DNA from: Neocallimastix sp. 'constans'
Taxonomy: Eukaryota
Length of the DNA stretch: 64,000 nucleotides
Direction: 5' to 3'
Assembly: GCA_050613775.1 (NCBI GenBank)
Contig: JBODTK010000118.1
Coordinates: 248,001-312,000, forward strand
Part shown: positions 30,763-44,571 of the stretch, one piece after another
How the letters are laid out: each line of letters opens with the position of its first letter
How positions within the stretch are numbered: the first letter of the stretch is position 1
The notes under the pieces: model-generated
Databases searched by the model: none
What the model was told of the DNA's origin: nothing
What the model saw: only the letters and a program-made list of their open reading frames with translations
Program-made: the position numbers and the translations under genes

Positions 30763-32709
30763 TTATATGAAAAATAGAATATACTCATATAAATATTTAA
30801 TGTTTTTATCATAAAAAATTTAAATAGATAATAAAGCAATAATGTATTATTTTATATAATCTTCATATAATTATATTATTAATTATTCTATTTATTAATA
30901 TAAAAAACTTAAAAAAACCAATTCATAAAAAAAAAAAAAAAAAAAAAAAATAGTAATAATTATTAAAAATATTTAAAATTATAGATATAAATAAAAAATG
31001 CTTCTTCAATATAACTATTATAAATTATTTTATATTATTTTTTAATTAATATATATATCTTATATTTGAATAAATTTTAGAGATTGTAATTTTAATATTT
31101 AGAAATGGTTTTAATGAAAACTTCAGTTTGTGAAATAAAAAAAAAAAAAAAATAAATAATATATTAAAAAAAAAAATAATATATATATATTTTAATAAAA
31201 AAAAATCATATATATAAATTTTAATAATAATAAAAAAAAAATAATATATAAATTTTAATAAAATTCATAAAGTATTTGAATTATATAATAACTTATTATA
31301 AGTAATAAAATTATTTTTTTAGTAATAATTTATTTTTTATTTATTTAATATTTAGAGGTAATTCTATTTAATATATTATAGAAATATAAGTCGATTAATC
31401 GAATTCAAATTTCGTGTATAATCATATGAAATACTAAAATATATGTGATGTAATAAATATATATTATATATACTAAATAATATTTTAACAAATAATATAG
31501 TTTAATGTTAATATAATAAATTATTTTAATAATGATTTATAAACAAGTAAATTTGGTTTTAAAGTAAACAAATTTAAAAATAGCAGATATTTAACTATTT
31601 TAAATAGTAAATGCTCATAATTTTATATACTTATAAAATTTATTTGCATTTTTTTTTATCTTAATATATTAGATGGTACAATTTTTAGTATTTTTAATAT
31701 ATAAAATAAAAGGAAATAAAATTATTAATATATATATATATTAATAATTTTATTTCCTTTCATATTATTATAAATAATAATATTAAAAAATATTCCAATA
31801 GCCTGTATTTTTATAAAAAATTAAATTATAAAATTTATTATATATGTATTTTTTACAATTTTTTTTATTTAAAGAGATATTTTATTAATATTTAATTAAT
31901 AAAATTTTTATTTATTTCTTTTTCTCCATTAAAATCACCTAATGGTAAATATCGTATATAAAAAAATAATTTTAATTATTATTTAATAATATTAAATAAA
32001 ATTTTTGTAAAATTTTATTTTATATAATTTATTTGTAATTTTGACATTACTAATACAATTTTAAACATTGGTAGTAAATATTTACATTTTTTAATTTGTT
32101 AAGAATTATTTATTTTATATTTAAATTCAAATATTATTTAAATTTTAAATTTTAATTTTAAAAAAATATTAATACCAAAATTAAATTATTAAATAAATGT
32201 TTATTTTTTTTTTATATTTTAAAAATAAATTGTTATAATTTTAAATTGATTTGTAATATAAATCATAGTAAATAACATTTATTAATTATAACAAATTGAA
32301 GTTTACTATAAAAAAAAAAATTTTTTTTTATTCCATTACTAGTTATGAACTTTTCTTTAATAAATAGGAAAAATTATTTATAATAAACATTATTAATAAA
32401 AAAAAATTTTATTTATATTAAATTTGAAAAAGTTTAAAAATTACAAAAAATTATTATTTTTCTATGATGAAAATAAAAATATAATTCAGTATTTAAACAC
32501 AGTTAAATTCCTTTCAAATTTTAACTTTTACATTGTCCTCATTTATTAAAATTAAAAGATAAAAAAAAGAAAATAAAATTTAATTTTTAAAATAAAAATA
32601 AATTATAAAATATATTTAAATAAAAATACAAAAAATTTAAATTTTAAAATTTTGGAAATTTTTTATTAAAGATTAAATATTAAAAAAATATATATATATA
32701 AATATCAAA

Positions 32710-32716
32710 ATGGTTA

Positions 32717-32790
<74 letters not shown>
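32710..32790 (+). pseudogene. Copy 2 of HTH-like gene: upstream region + ATG only, truncated at an (AAT)n tract
   Basis: ATGGTTAGT is followed by ~24 AAT units, then sequence matching the region downstream of copy 1 (~30770 onward). Confidence 0.8.
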
Positions 32791-32791
<1 letters not shown>

Positions 32792-34635
32792 TGAAAAATC
32801 GAATATACTTATATATTTGATATTTTTATCATACAAAATTTAAATAATTAACAAAGTAAAATTATATTATTATAAAAAATCTTCATATAATTATATTATT
32901 AATTGTTCTATTAATTAATATTAATAATTTAAAAAAACAAATACAAAAAAAAAAAATATATATAATAACTAATTATTAAAAAATTCTAAAAGTTATCAAA
33001 ATAAATATATTAAGAATTGTTTATCAAAATAAATATATTAAAAATAATTCTTCAATTTTTTAAAGATAAATAATAATAAAAATCATAATTATTAAAATTA
33101 ATCTATATATCTTTTATTAAAATATATTTTAATTTTTATAATTTTATACTATTTTTAATGAATACTTTAATTTTTAAAGTATAGAAAATAAAAAAATAAT
33201 TTATTAAAAAAAAAAAATCACACATATAAATTTTAAATTAAATTTATAATCGTTTGAGTTATATAATAACTTATTATAAATATTAAAATTAATTTTAATA
33301 ATTTTTTTCTTTTTTTTTTATTTTTTTATTTTTTTTTATGTATAAATATTCTAATAAACAAGTATATATTATATTTTTAATATTATCATATTTTTTATTT
33401 ATTTAATGCTTAGATGTAATTATATTTAATCTAATGTATTATTTCAATTTAAAAAATAAAAAAAAAAAAATTAAATATTATATTTTGTTTTATTAAAAGA
33501 AATTCAAATTCCATGAAATACATTTTTAGATGTGATAAATATATATTATATATGACAAATAATATTTAAACTAATATAGTTCAAAGTTAATATAATAAAT
33601 TGTATTTATAATGATTAATTAACAAATAAATTTGGTTTTAAAATAAACAAAATTAAAAATTGTAAATATAATATTTATTAAAAATATTTTTATTTTTAAT
33701 TATATTAAACTATTTTAAATATTAAATGTTTATAATTTTTTATTAAATTTTATATACTTAAAAAATTTATATATATATATTTATCTGAATATATTTGATG
33801 GTACAATTTTTAATATTTTTTTTTTTAATATATAAATTAAAAGAAAATAAAATTATTAATATATATATATAAAATATTAATAAATAATAATATTAAAAAA
33901 TTTTCCAATAACCTGTATTTTTATAAAAAATTGAATTTAAATTTTATTATATATGTATTTTTACAATTTTTTTTTATTTAAAGAGATATTTTATTAATAT
34001 TTAATTAATAAAATTTTTATTTATTTCTTTTTCTCCATATTGGTAAATATCATGTATAAAAAATAACTTTAATTAATATTTAATAATATTATATATAATT
34101 TTTATAAAATTTTATTATATATAATTTATTTGTAATTTTGATATTACTAATACAATTTTAAACATTGATAGTAAATATTTACATTTTTTAATTTGCAAGA
34201 ATTATTTATTTTATATTTAATTTCAAATATTATTTAAATTTTAAATTTTAATTTTAAAAAAATATTAATACAAAAATTAAATTATTAAATAAATGTTTAT
34301 TTTTTTTTATATTTTAAAAATAAATTGTTATAATTTTAAATTGATTTGTAATATAAATCATAGTAAATAACATTTATTAATTATTTTTCTATGATGAAAA
34401 TAAAAATATAATTCAGTATTTAAACACAGTTAAATTCCTTTCAAATTTTAACTTTTACATTGTCCTCATTTATTAAAAATTAAAAGATAAAATAAAGAAT
34501 AAATTTAGATCTTTAAAATAAAAATAATTAATAAAATATATTAAAATAAAAATATAAAAATTTAAATTTTACAATTTTGGAAATTTTTTATTAAAGATTA
34601 AATATTAAAAAAAAAAAAAACATATAAATATCAAA

Positions 34636-36144
34636 ATGGTTAGTAACAATTCTGAAAGGTAAATATTATATAATAATAATCATTTTAAAATTAATTTATA
34701 TTATTTATAAATACAATGAAAATAATGAATTATTAATTTGTTTTTTAAATTTATATAATTAATAATAATTATTTTTAGTTCATTAACAATCTATTTAAGA
34801 AAGCAGAAAAAATTTGTAACTTTAGTAAATAGTATCCAAAAGGCAATAAGTTCTAAGGATTATAGAAAACAAGGTTATACCTTCAATTCCTATGTTAAAA
34901 AGAATTGGAATATTTCGAAAGCTCGTATGTTTTTTTTTGTTTTATTATTATTATTTATTTATTGTTATTAAGAATTTCATTAATAATTAAGATTAAATTA
35001 ATAATATAAATATTAAATTATTCTATTAATATTATTTATTTCTAATAAATAGAAGCATATCGTTATTTAATTTCAGCAAAAGTACTTGATCAACTTAAAG
35101 AATTTAAAATTTTACCAAGTAAATATCATAATTAATTAAAATTTAATTAAAAAATTTAAAGTATAATTATAATATTTTTTTATAAAAATATCTTTAATTA
35201 AATATATTAATCATTTTTTTATTTTTATGATAATTGTTTAAATTAATAAAAAAGATTATGAACGTTTATGCAAAATTATATCTTCTTTAACTAAAACTCA
35301 TGAACAAGTGACTTTATTATGGAAAACAGTTCTTAGAAAAGTAGAAAATAGACTTGATGAAATTGATACTTCTTTTATTACTAAAGTTTGGAAAGAACTT
35401 TGTGAAAATGAAAAATATAATTATATATGCCATATTAAAAATAATATAGGTAATAATAATGAAGATAGCAAAAATAGAGATTCTGAAATTTCTGAAAATA
35501 AAATATTCACCGAAAATGAATCAAATTCTAATATAATTAGTAATAATTTATCATATTCAATTATTTCTTCTCCTGAAAATTCAGAAAATTGTATTTTAAT
35601 TAATAATAATTCTTCTCAAAATTCATATTATCCTTCTCCTTCATTTTCTGAAATTGAATTACAAAGCGTTAATAATTATTCTTCTCAAATTTCATTTATT
35701 CCTTCTCCTTCATATTCTGAAGCTGACTTACAAAATATTAACGAAATAACTACTCAACAAAAATTATTTACTCATTTACCTGTTATAAATAAAGAAACTC
35801 TAAATTCAAATATGGATAATTCACAACAATTAGATTTAAATAACCAATTATTATTTAATTCAGTTAATGATTATAATAATAATTCTCAAATTGATTCAAT
35901 TCCTCAAGATTATTCATATGATTCTTTTGAAGATATTTTCGCTTCATCTATTACTGAATTAAATAATAATTCAAAACTTTTATATTATTCAATGCCTGTA
36001 ACTGTTGTAAGTTCTTCAAATAATTTATATTACCCAATTGATAATAATCAATCAACTATTCAAGCCGTTCCACTTAATACTCCTAATACTATTTACTATA
36101 TGATTAATACACCAAATCAACAACCAATAATAATTTCATCATAA
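34636..36144 (+). CDS. Putative DNA-binding protein, HTH-like (copy 3, ~374 aa, 4 exons)
   Basis: Exons 34636-34658, 34779-34924, 35053-35118, 35255-36144; same structure as copy 1 and highly similar sequence. Confidence 0.85.
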
Positions 36145-37855
36145 TCATTATACCAAATTGTTAAATTTCTAATGGATATGTTATTAGAGAATATTTTTGA
36201 AACATCTTTATTATGATTTAAATATTTATATAAAATAAAATAAATATATATCAGAATTAATTATTAAAAAGAAGAATTTTAAGCCATTCAAAAAATTCAG
36301 TAATATTATTTTGACATGGATGTTTGACAAAAGTATTATGAGAACAGGAATAATTACTATTAATGTATTGATGAACTTAAAATCAATTTCATTAATATAT
36401 TTTGTATTATATGTTAAATAAAATGTAAATTTTAATTTCTTATTTAAATACTATAAATTTTTAATTTTTAATTTGTATATATTTAAAAATTAATTATGGT
36501 CAATAAAAAAAAATATTTAAAAAAAAAAAAAAAAAAAAAATAAATAAAAAAATAATTTAATTTAATTAATTGCTACTTTATTATATATTACATTATAATT
36601 CTTGATTTATTTTTATTTTTATGCATTTATATTTCAAAAAAAAAAAAAAAAAAAAAAATTAATATTATGTGAAAATAGAATATACTCATATACATATATG
36701 ATGTTTTTATCATAAAAAATTTTATTATATATGTATTTTTTACAATTTTTTTTTTTATTTAAAGAGATATTTTATTAATATTTAATTAATAAAATTTTTA
36801 TTTAAATCTTTTTCTTCATTAAAATCACCTAATGGTAAATATCGTATATAAAAAAATAACTTTAATTATTATTTAATAATATTAAATATAATTTTTGTAA
36901 AATTTTATTTTATATAATTTATTTGTAATTTTGACATTGCTAATACAATTTTTATTAATCATAATTTAAATATTTGGAGTAAATATTTACATTTTTTAAT
37001 TTGCAAGAATTATTTATTTTATATTTAATTTCAAATATTATTTAAATTTTAAATTTTTAATTTTTAAAAAATATTAATACCAAAATTATTAAATAAAATT
37101 TATTATATTTTAAAAATAAATTGTTATGATTTTAAATTGATTTGTAATATAAATCACTGTAAATAACATTTATTAATTATAACAAATTAAATTTATATTG
37201 TAATTTTGACATTGCTAATACAATTTTTATTAATCATAATTTAAATATTTGGAGTAAATATTTACATTTTTTAATTTGCAAGAATTATTTATTTTATATT
37301 TAATTTCAAATATTATTTAAATTTTAAATTTTTAATTTTTAAAAAATATTAATACCAAAATTATTAAATAAAATTTATTATATTTTAAAAATAAATTGTT
37401 ATGATTTTAAATTGATTTGTAATATAAATCACTGTAAATAACATTTATTAATTATAACAAATTAAAGTTTATTATAAAAAAAAAATTTTTTTTTTATTCC
37501 ATTACTAGTTATGAACTTTTCTTTAATAAATAGGAAAAATTATTTAAAATAAACATTATTAATAAAAAAAAAACATTTTATTTGAAAAAGTTTGAAAATT
37601 ACAAAAAATTATTATTTTTCTATGGTGAAAATAAAAATATAATTCAGTATTTAAACACAGTTAAATTCCTATTAAGATTAAATTTTTACATTGTCATTTA
37701 TTAAAATTTAAAGGATAGAATAAATAATATATTTTGATCTTTAAAATAAAAATAATTTATAAAATATATTAAAATTAAATAATATTAATTTAAATTTTAA
37801 AATCCTTGAAAGTTCTTATTAAATATTAAATATTAAAAAAAATATCAATATCAAA

Positions 37856-38247
37856 ATGGTTAATTACAACTCTGAAAGGTAAATATTATCTATTATTGGT
37901 CATTTTAAAATTCAAATATTGATAATTCACAACAATTTGATATAAATAACCAATTATTATTTAATTCAATTAATGATTGTAGTAATAATTCTCAAATTGA
38001 TTCAATTCCTCAAGATTATTCATATGATTCTTTTGAAGATATTTTCGCTTCATCTATTACTGAATTAAATAATAATTCAAAACTTTTATATTATTCAATG
38101 CCTGTAACTGTTGTAAGTTCTTTAAATAATTTATATTATCCAATTGATAATAATCAATCAACTATTCAAGCCGTTCCACTTAATACTCCTAATACTATTT
38201 ACTATATGATTAATACACCAAATCAACAACCAATAATAATTTCATAA
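37856..38247 (+). pseudogene. Copy 4 of HTH-like gene with ~1.1 kb internal deletion
   Basis: Exon 1 and the start of intron 1 are fused directly to the last third of exon 4 (DNSQQFDINNQLLF...NQQPIIIS*); the HTH-like domain is lost. Confidence 0.85.
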
Positions 38248-39191
38248 TAATTATTATATCAAATTGTTAAATTACTAATGTATATATATTTCTGAAAATA
38301 TTTTTTAAAACATCTTTATTATAATTTAATATTTGAATTAATTAATTGTGTACCAAATTATTTATTAAAATGAAATATATTTATGATACTATTTTGAATT
38401 ATATGTAAAATATAAATAATAATATATTAAATAAAATTTCTTTTTTTAAACTATAAATTTATAATTATTAATTTGTACATATTGTTATTTTTTAATTTAT
38501 TTATAACTTAAGAGTTAAACATATTTAATTTGATATGTTTTTTTTTTTTCAATATAAAAATTTAAAAAAAAAAAATAATAATTATTTTAAGAAATAAGCC
38601 ACAGAAGATTTAATTTTTAATAAAACTTTAATATAAAATTTTATACAAAAATTTATTATTATTTATAATAATAAATTTAATAACACAAAAATAAAATTTT
38701 TCTTTTTGTTTATTTTTTATTTATTAAAAATACACTTTTCTTTTATAAATATAACTTCCCTGGTTATATTTTACAAAAACAAATTTCTTTTTTTCTTACT
38801 TTTTCTCTCTCTCTCTACTTTTTTTTAAAAAAATGAAACTACATATTTATTTATATAATTTTTTTTTATATATATATTAATTATATAATTATTTTATTAT
38901 TGTAAAAAAATATGATGTTTCACTTTATTTTAGTTTTATAATTCTTTCTTCTGTCATATAGTCATATATATCCTTTATAGGAAGGACCATTTATTATAAT
39001 AATTAAAGTAAAAAATTTATTTTATCTAAGCCATTTTAATATAATACTTAAAGTGAAATTATTAAATTTAAATTTTTAATAAATAAAGTTTTTAATATAA
39101 CTTTATAATTTCATATAGAAAAAAAAATTATTATTAATTTTAGAGAAGGAATTTTAGTTTAAATTGTATTCTATTATTATAAAAAAGAATA

Positions 39192-39222
<31 letters not shown>

Positions 39223-39446
39223 GTATCTCATACTATTTGTCATTTATAAATAAATTTCTATTAATGAAAAAAATTTTTTTTTTTTTTCAATATATAATAA
39301 TAGTCAACCATATTATAATTATTCTTGACCCTGATAATAATACCACTATTATTCCCTATCTATAAATTAATTTTGATTATAATGGAAATAATTTTAATAT
39401 TAATATTAATAATGTAAAATCATAAATCAAAAGCACACATACATTT

Positions 39447-39478
<32 letters not shown>

Positions 39479-39966
39479 ACTAAAATAATTTCCTTAATAT
39501 ATAAATAATCATCATCAAAACAAACACCAATACTATTACTAATCTTTGATATACAAATAGACTAAATTCTTTCTATACTATATTTTTTTTATTTTCAAGA
39601 TGATAGATATTTAATTCCATATAAAAATATTACCACTTTCATTATCATTAATATTTAAAGGAAGCTTTGGATTAAAAAAAAATAATAATAAATAAATATC
39701 ATTAACATTTTAAGAATGATCTTCTAAGGTTTAAATATAAAACTTATTTTTGATTATTTCGAATTTTAGCAATACTTTTTAAAAGTGAAAAAATTAACTT
39801 TTTTTTTTAAAGAGGAACATCAGTAAACATGAAAAGTATTTAATTTGAAGTAATGTTTAACTAAATATGAGAAATTCTAAATAAATTTTTATACTTCTTT
39901 ATTTTTATTTTTTATTATCTTTTTTTTTTTTTTTTTTTAATTTAATAAATATTTTTTTTTATATTT

Positions 39967-40005
<39 letters not shown>

Positions 40006-40036
40006 TATTTTATTAATTAGTCTATTATTTTAATAT

Positions 40037-40345
40037 TTAATTTGTATAATTAGTTAGTCTACTTTTTAGTAGTGGTAATCCTTTAGTCATCCAAAATCTA
40101 CCATCAATCTGTCCTGAACTCATTCCTCCATGTGCCATTTTTTCATTATAACCATAACTAGTATCTGTTAGTTCTACATTTGTCAATTTTAAGTATTCTT
40201 CTTTAATTATTTTTTCTAGTTCTGTATATTCCATGGGTAATTCATAACTTTCAAATTTTTCTTCTAAATAATCCCAAAAATAAGGATCACCTCTTAAACC
40301 CCATTGAACTGGCCTTTCTTCAAATATAATTGATACTTTTGTCAT
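40037..40345 (-). CDS. Intronless 102-aa protein resembling a bacterial conserved hypothetical family (QWGLRGDPYxW...GGMSSG...FW); HGT candidate
   Basis: Clean, non-low-complexity ORF MTKVSIIFEERPVQWGLRGDPYFW...HGGMSSGQIDGRFWMTKGLPLLKSR. Resemblance to bacterial proteins is recalled, not searched. Confidence 0.8.
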   Translation of the reverse strand: MTKVSIIFEERPVQWGLRGDPYFWDYLEEKFESYELPMEYTELEKIIKEEYLKLTNVELTDTSYGYNEKMAHGGMSSGQIDGRFWMTKGLPLLKSRLTNYTN

Positions 40346-40573
40346 TATTTAAAAGAAAAAAAATGATTATTATTATTTTTTATATATGTATTAAATTATT
40401 AAAAAAAAATTTAATAATTAATTATATTAAAATATTCAATATTAATAGATTAGTTAATAAAAATTAAGGTATTGGCTTATATAATTTTTAATTATTAATT
40501 AAAATTTTGAATAATTAATATTAAATCATAATTAATGAAAAATCATTTAATAAATTAATTAAAAAAAAAAGAT

Positions 40574-40606
<33 letters not shown>

Positions 40607-41381
40607 ATTTTTAAAATATAATTATTATAATAATAATAATAATAATAATAATAATTATAAAAATAATAATAAAATATATATATATATATATAAATTTATT
40701 TACTATAATATTTACACCATAAATAATACATAATTTAATACTTAATAATATTTTATTTTATAAATAATTCTCATAATCATTAATACATTTTTCCTATAAG
40801 TATTATATAAAATGTTATATAAATCATTTATATTTTTATTTTAATCTACATATATTAATCATATTTAAATATTAAATTAAAAAGACATTAAAAATGTAGT
40901 ATTAATATTTGAAGGAAAAATTGAAAATCTTTTATTTGTACTTATTTAAATCTAAAACTATCTTAATTGTACAAAATTTATAATGATTTTTTTTTTTTAA
41001 TTATCTGAAAAGGTTTATATTTATTATTTATTTAAAAAGAAAAAAAGTACATTTATAATATTATTTTTAATAGTTTAATGATATTTAGTTCTATTTTTTA
41101 AATGTAATCAAGTGACAGAACAAAAGATTCTATTTCTGAAATATAAAAACTAAGATGATATTTTAAGAAAAGCAAGAGAATTTAATCATTTAGAATTAAT
41201 GATTTCATAAATGTTATTATTACTAAAAACAATTAATAATAGTGAAATATATATATTTAGTTGATACTATTGATAATGGTTTTTGTTAGCAAGATCTCAT
41301 TATAAATTTATATAAAAAAAAAGTACAAATTACTTCAATGCTTAATTAATAAACGATATTAAGAACATAGTTTGTCTAGCT

Positions 41382-41415
<34 letters not shown>

Positions 41416-42867
41416 TTCCTTATATTGAAGTAGAACGTCTTGAACATATTTTATATTCATACTAATATTTTTAAATATATAAAAAACCAAAGTAGAAGCT
41501 TGTCTACATAAGAAGATATTATCAGTAAAGGGATAGAAATCATGGTTAGTAAAAAAGAGTGATGGCTTTGTAAAATTGTTTTTAGCAAAAATTAAACTAA
41601 ACAAAGCAAATTTATTTAATATAGTAAATTTGAATGCTATTCATTTCGCAATTTGGCGTTTCTAAGTTGTAATTTAAAGCCATAATTTTTTTTAAAACCA
41701 TATAAATATATTACTAAATAATAATTTTGAATATATAAATTAAAAAAAAATAATAATAATAATAAAATAAAACATTTAAAATATTTTTATAAAAATATTA
41801 AAATTTCAAATAGAATTAAAATTAAAATAAATGGAATTAATTTAAAATAGATAATAAAATTGATTATTTAAAATAAATAAAAATATAAATATATCTTTAT
41901 AGTTAAATAATATTTAACTTGTAATTATTAATTCGCCACATTGTTGAATGCAATGCTATTGTATAATAAATTAATTGTCAAATGTATTATTAAAGATATA
42001 TTAATTTAGAATATTGGTGTAACCTATGATTAAATATTTAAATTAAGGAGATAGTTCGATTAACTACTTTTGGGAGATATTTTATTTTGTTTTAAAATTA
42101 TTATTTTAAAATTTTTTTTATATATTTTGTTTGTTAGACTAGTGATTTTACAATAGTTTTTAATTCTTAAGAACTATTTAAATTATTGAACTGATTATTT
42201 ATTTCTTTTTTAATAATAATTTTTTTATATAATAATTACTAATTATAAAGTTTTTAAATTTAAAAATAGGAAATATTAATTTTATTACAGCATTACAGTA
42301 ATATAATTAAAAATGTTATATATAATAAAAATCTTCTCAATATAATTAATTATAAAATTATAATAAGAAAATATAATAAATAATAAAATAAATATTAACT
42401 ATTGCTTTTCATAGTTTTATGTTGAAATTTAATATTTAACATATGATCGTTGTATCAGCCACAATTAAAATTTTATGTTTGATTTTCTTTGATTTAAATA
42501 TTATTATATTTAGGTTTTTATATTTATTAAAGTTCTTAAGAGTTATATTCAATAGTATTACTCAAAATTAAATAATAAAAATGTTTAAATATTTCTGTTG
42601 TTGTTTTTGGAGAAATTCCACTTTAAATATTTTTTGATAATTTTTTTTATAAATACTTAAGTATTATTTTATCTTTATAATACTTAAAGATAAAAGATAA
42701 AATAAAATAAAAGAAAAGAAAAGAACTTCAAAATATTAATTTAATTAAGTTAAAAAAAAAAAAAAAATAAAAATAAAAAATAAAAAAATAAAAAAAAAAT
42801 TATGAAATTTATTTAAATTTAATAAATATAATACAATTAAAAAAAAAAATAAAAAAAGAAGAAAAAA

Positions 42868-43488
42868 ATGGTAAACTTAATATTAAAAAGTAGATTAAGC
42901 ATGAAAGCTATTGCCTTTTGTTTAATAGCAAAAAATATATTAAGTGTTAAAAGTCAAGAAATTTCAGATTGCTCTATTATAAAAGATGCTGCGGAAAGTT
43001 TAGGACCAAATAAATCAAAATTTTCATCAACTAATTGTTGTGATTTAGATGTTATAACTTGCAACAGTAATAGCATAACAGGAGTGTAAATAATGATAAT
43101 TAATTAACTAAAAATCCAAAATTTTATATAATTTTTAAATGTTTATTAAATATATATAAATATAATATTATATATATATATTTATGAAGTAAATTTATAG
43201 GAATTTCATGCTTTGATTTTAGTACAGATTTGGAAAAAGCTATAGATAAATTAGCTAACTTAAAAAATTTAGAATCATTGTAATTAAAATATATATTATA
43301 ATATTAATATAATAAAATAATATAATATAATTTCTTATAATTTAAATAATAAAACATAAAAATCTTCTTATTTATTATTAATATATTATCTAAATATATA
43401 TAAATTATAAAAAGTGAATTAAGTGAACAAGATTTTTGTAAACCTCCAAAAAATATTCCAAAATTAAAAAATTTAAAAACTTTGTATG

Positions 43489-43520
<32 letters not shown>

Positions 43521-44532
43521 GTTAAATTGATATTATTCAAAAATTTAAACTAATTACAATATCATATATACCTATAATTTATGCAAATTTTCATGAATTA
43601 GAATTATAAGGAAAAATGGTTTTAAGGATACTCTACCTGAAGACATTATTCAATTAACTAATTTAGAAACATTGTACATGTTTATATTTTATTTAAAATA
43701 TCAAAAAAAAAAAAAAAAAAAAAAAAATAAAAAAAAAAATAAAAAAAAAAAAAAAATAAAAAAAAATAAAAAAAAAAAAAAAAAAATAAATAAATAAATA
43801 CTAAATATATTTAAATCTAATGAATATTTTAATATTATTATTGTATAAAAGGGATTTATCTAGTAATAACTATTTCGGTTCAATTCCTAGCTCTTACACT
43901 AAATTAACAAAATTAAAATCTTTGTAAGTTATTATTTTGCATTGTAAAGAATGTATTCATTTATTACTTTATAATAAGATTTAAGTATATTACTATGAAA
44001 TGAATATTATAATTTATATACAAATTCATTGTAATATATATAATATTATATTCATTAGATCATTACAATATAATTCTTTAACTGGAAATATTCCATACAG
44101 TTTTAGTCAATTGGAAAATTTAACTGAATTGTAAGAATAAAAATTCACATTTAATTATATTTCATATATAATTTATTTATAAATTAATATGTTAATACAT
44201 ATATATTTTTTATTAAATAAATTTTTTTTTATTTCTTTTTTATTATTATTATTATTTTATTTCAACTTATTAAGAAATTTGAATGGAAATTTCGATTTAA
44301 AGGGATATATTCCAAAAATGTCAAAGATTAGCACTTGTGATTACGAAAATACAGAATTATGCTCCTTAAAAAGTACTACATGTACTAACAATTTAAAAAA
44401 TGTTTGTACCCTTGACGATGTTACCACTACTAATAAAAGTAATGGAAATCCTAATCCTGATAAAAAGGAATATGAAAATGATATTATAACAGCTGATGAT
44501 GATAATAATAATGGTGATACTCGGAATAGTAC

Positions 44533-44571
<39 letters not shown>

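Larger units (their letters stand above)
27400..38450 (+). repeat. Tandem segmental array of four units (upstream region + HTH-like gene)
   Basis: Shared blocks recur: AATTCAGTATTTAAACACAGTTAAATTCCT at ~28500, ~32483, ~34410, ~37641, and ATATCAAAATGGTTA with ATGs at 28727, 32710, 34636, 37856. GATGGTACAATTTT occurs in units 1-3. Confidence 0.93.

Noticed and set aside
39300..39900. Slightly GC-richer patch, possible decayed gene
   Set aside because: No sustained reading frame or motif.
41100..41690. Coding-like patch
   Set aside because: Multiple stops and no recognisable motif; cannot be assigned.
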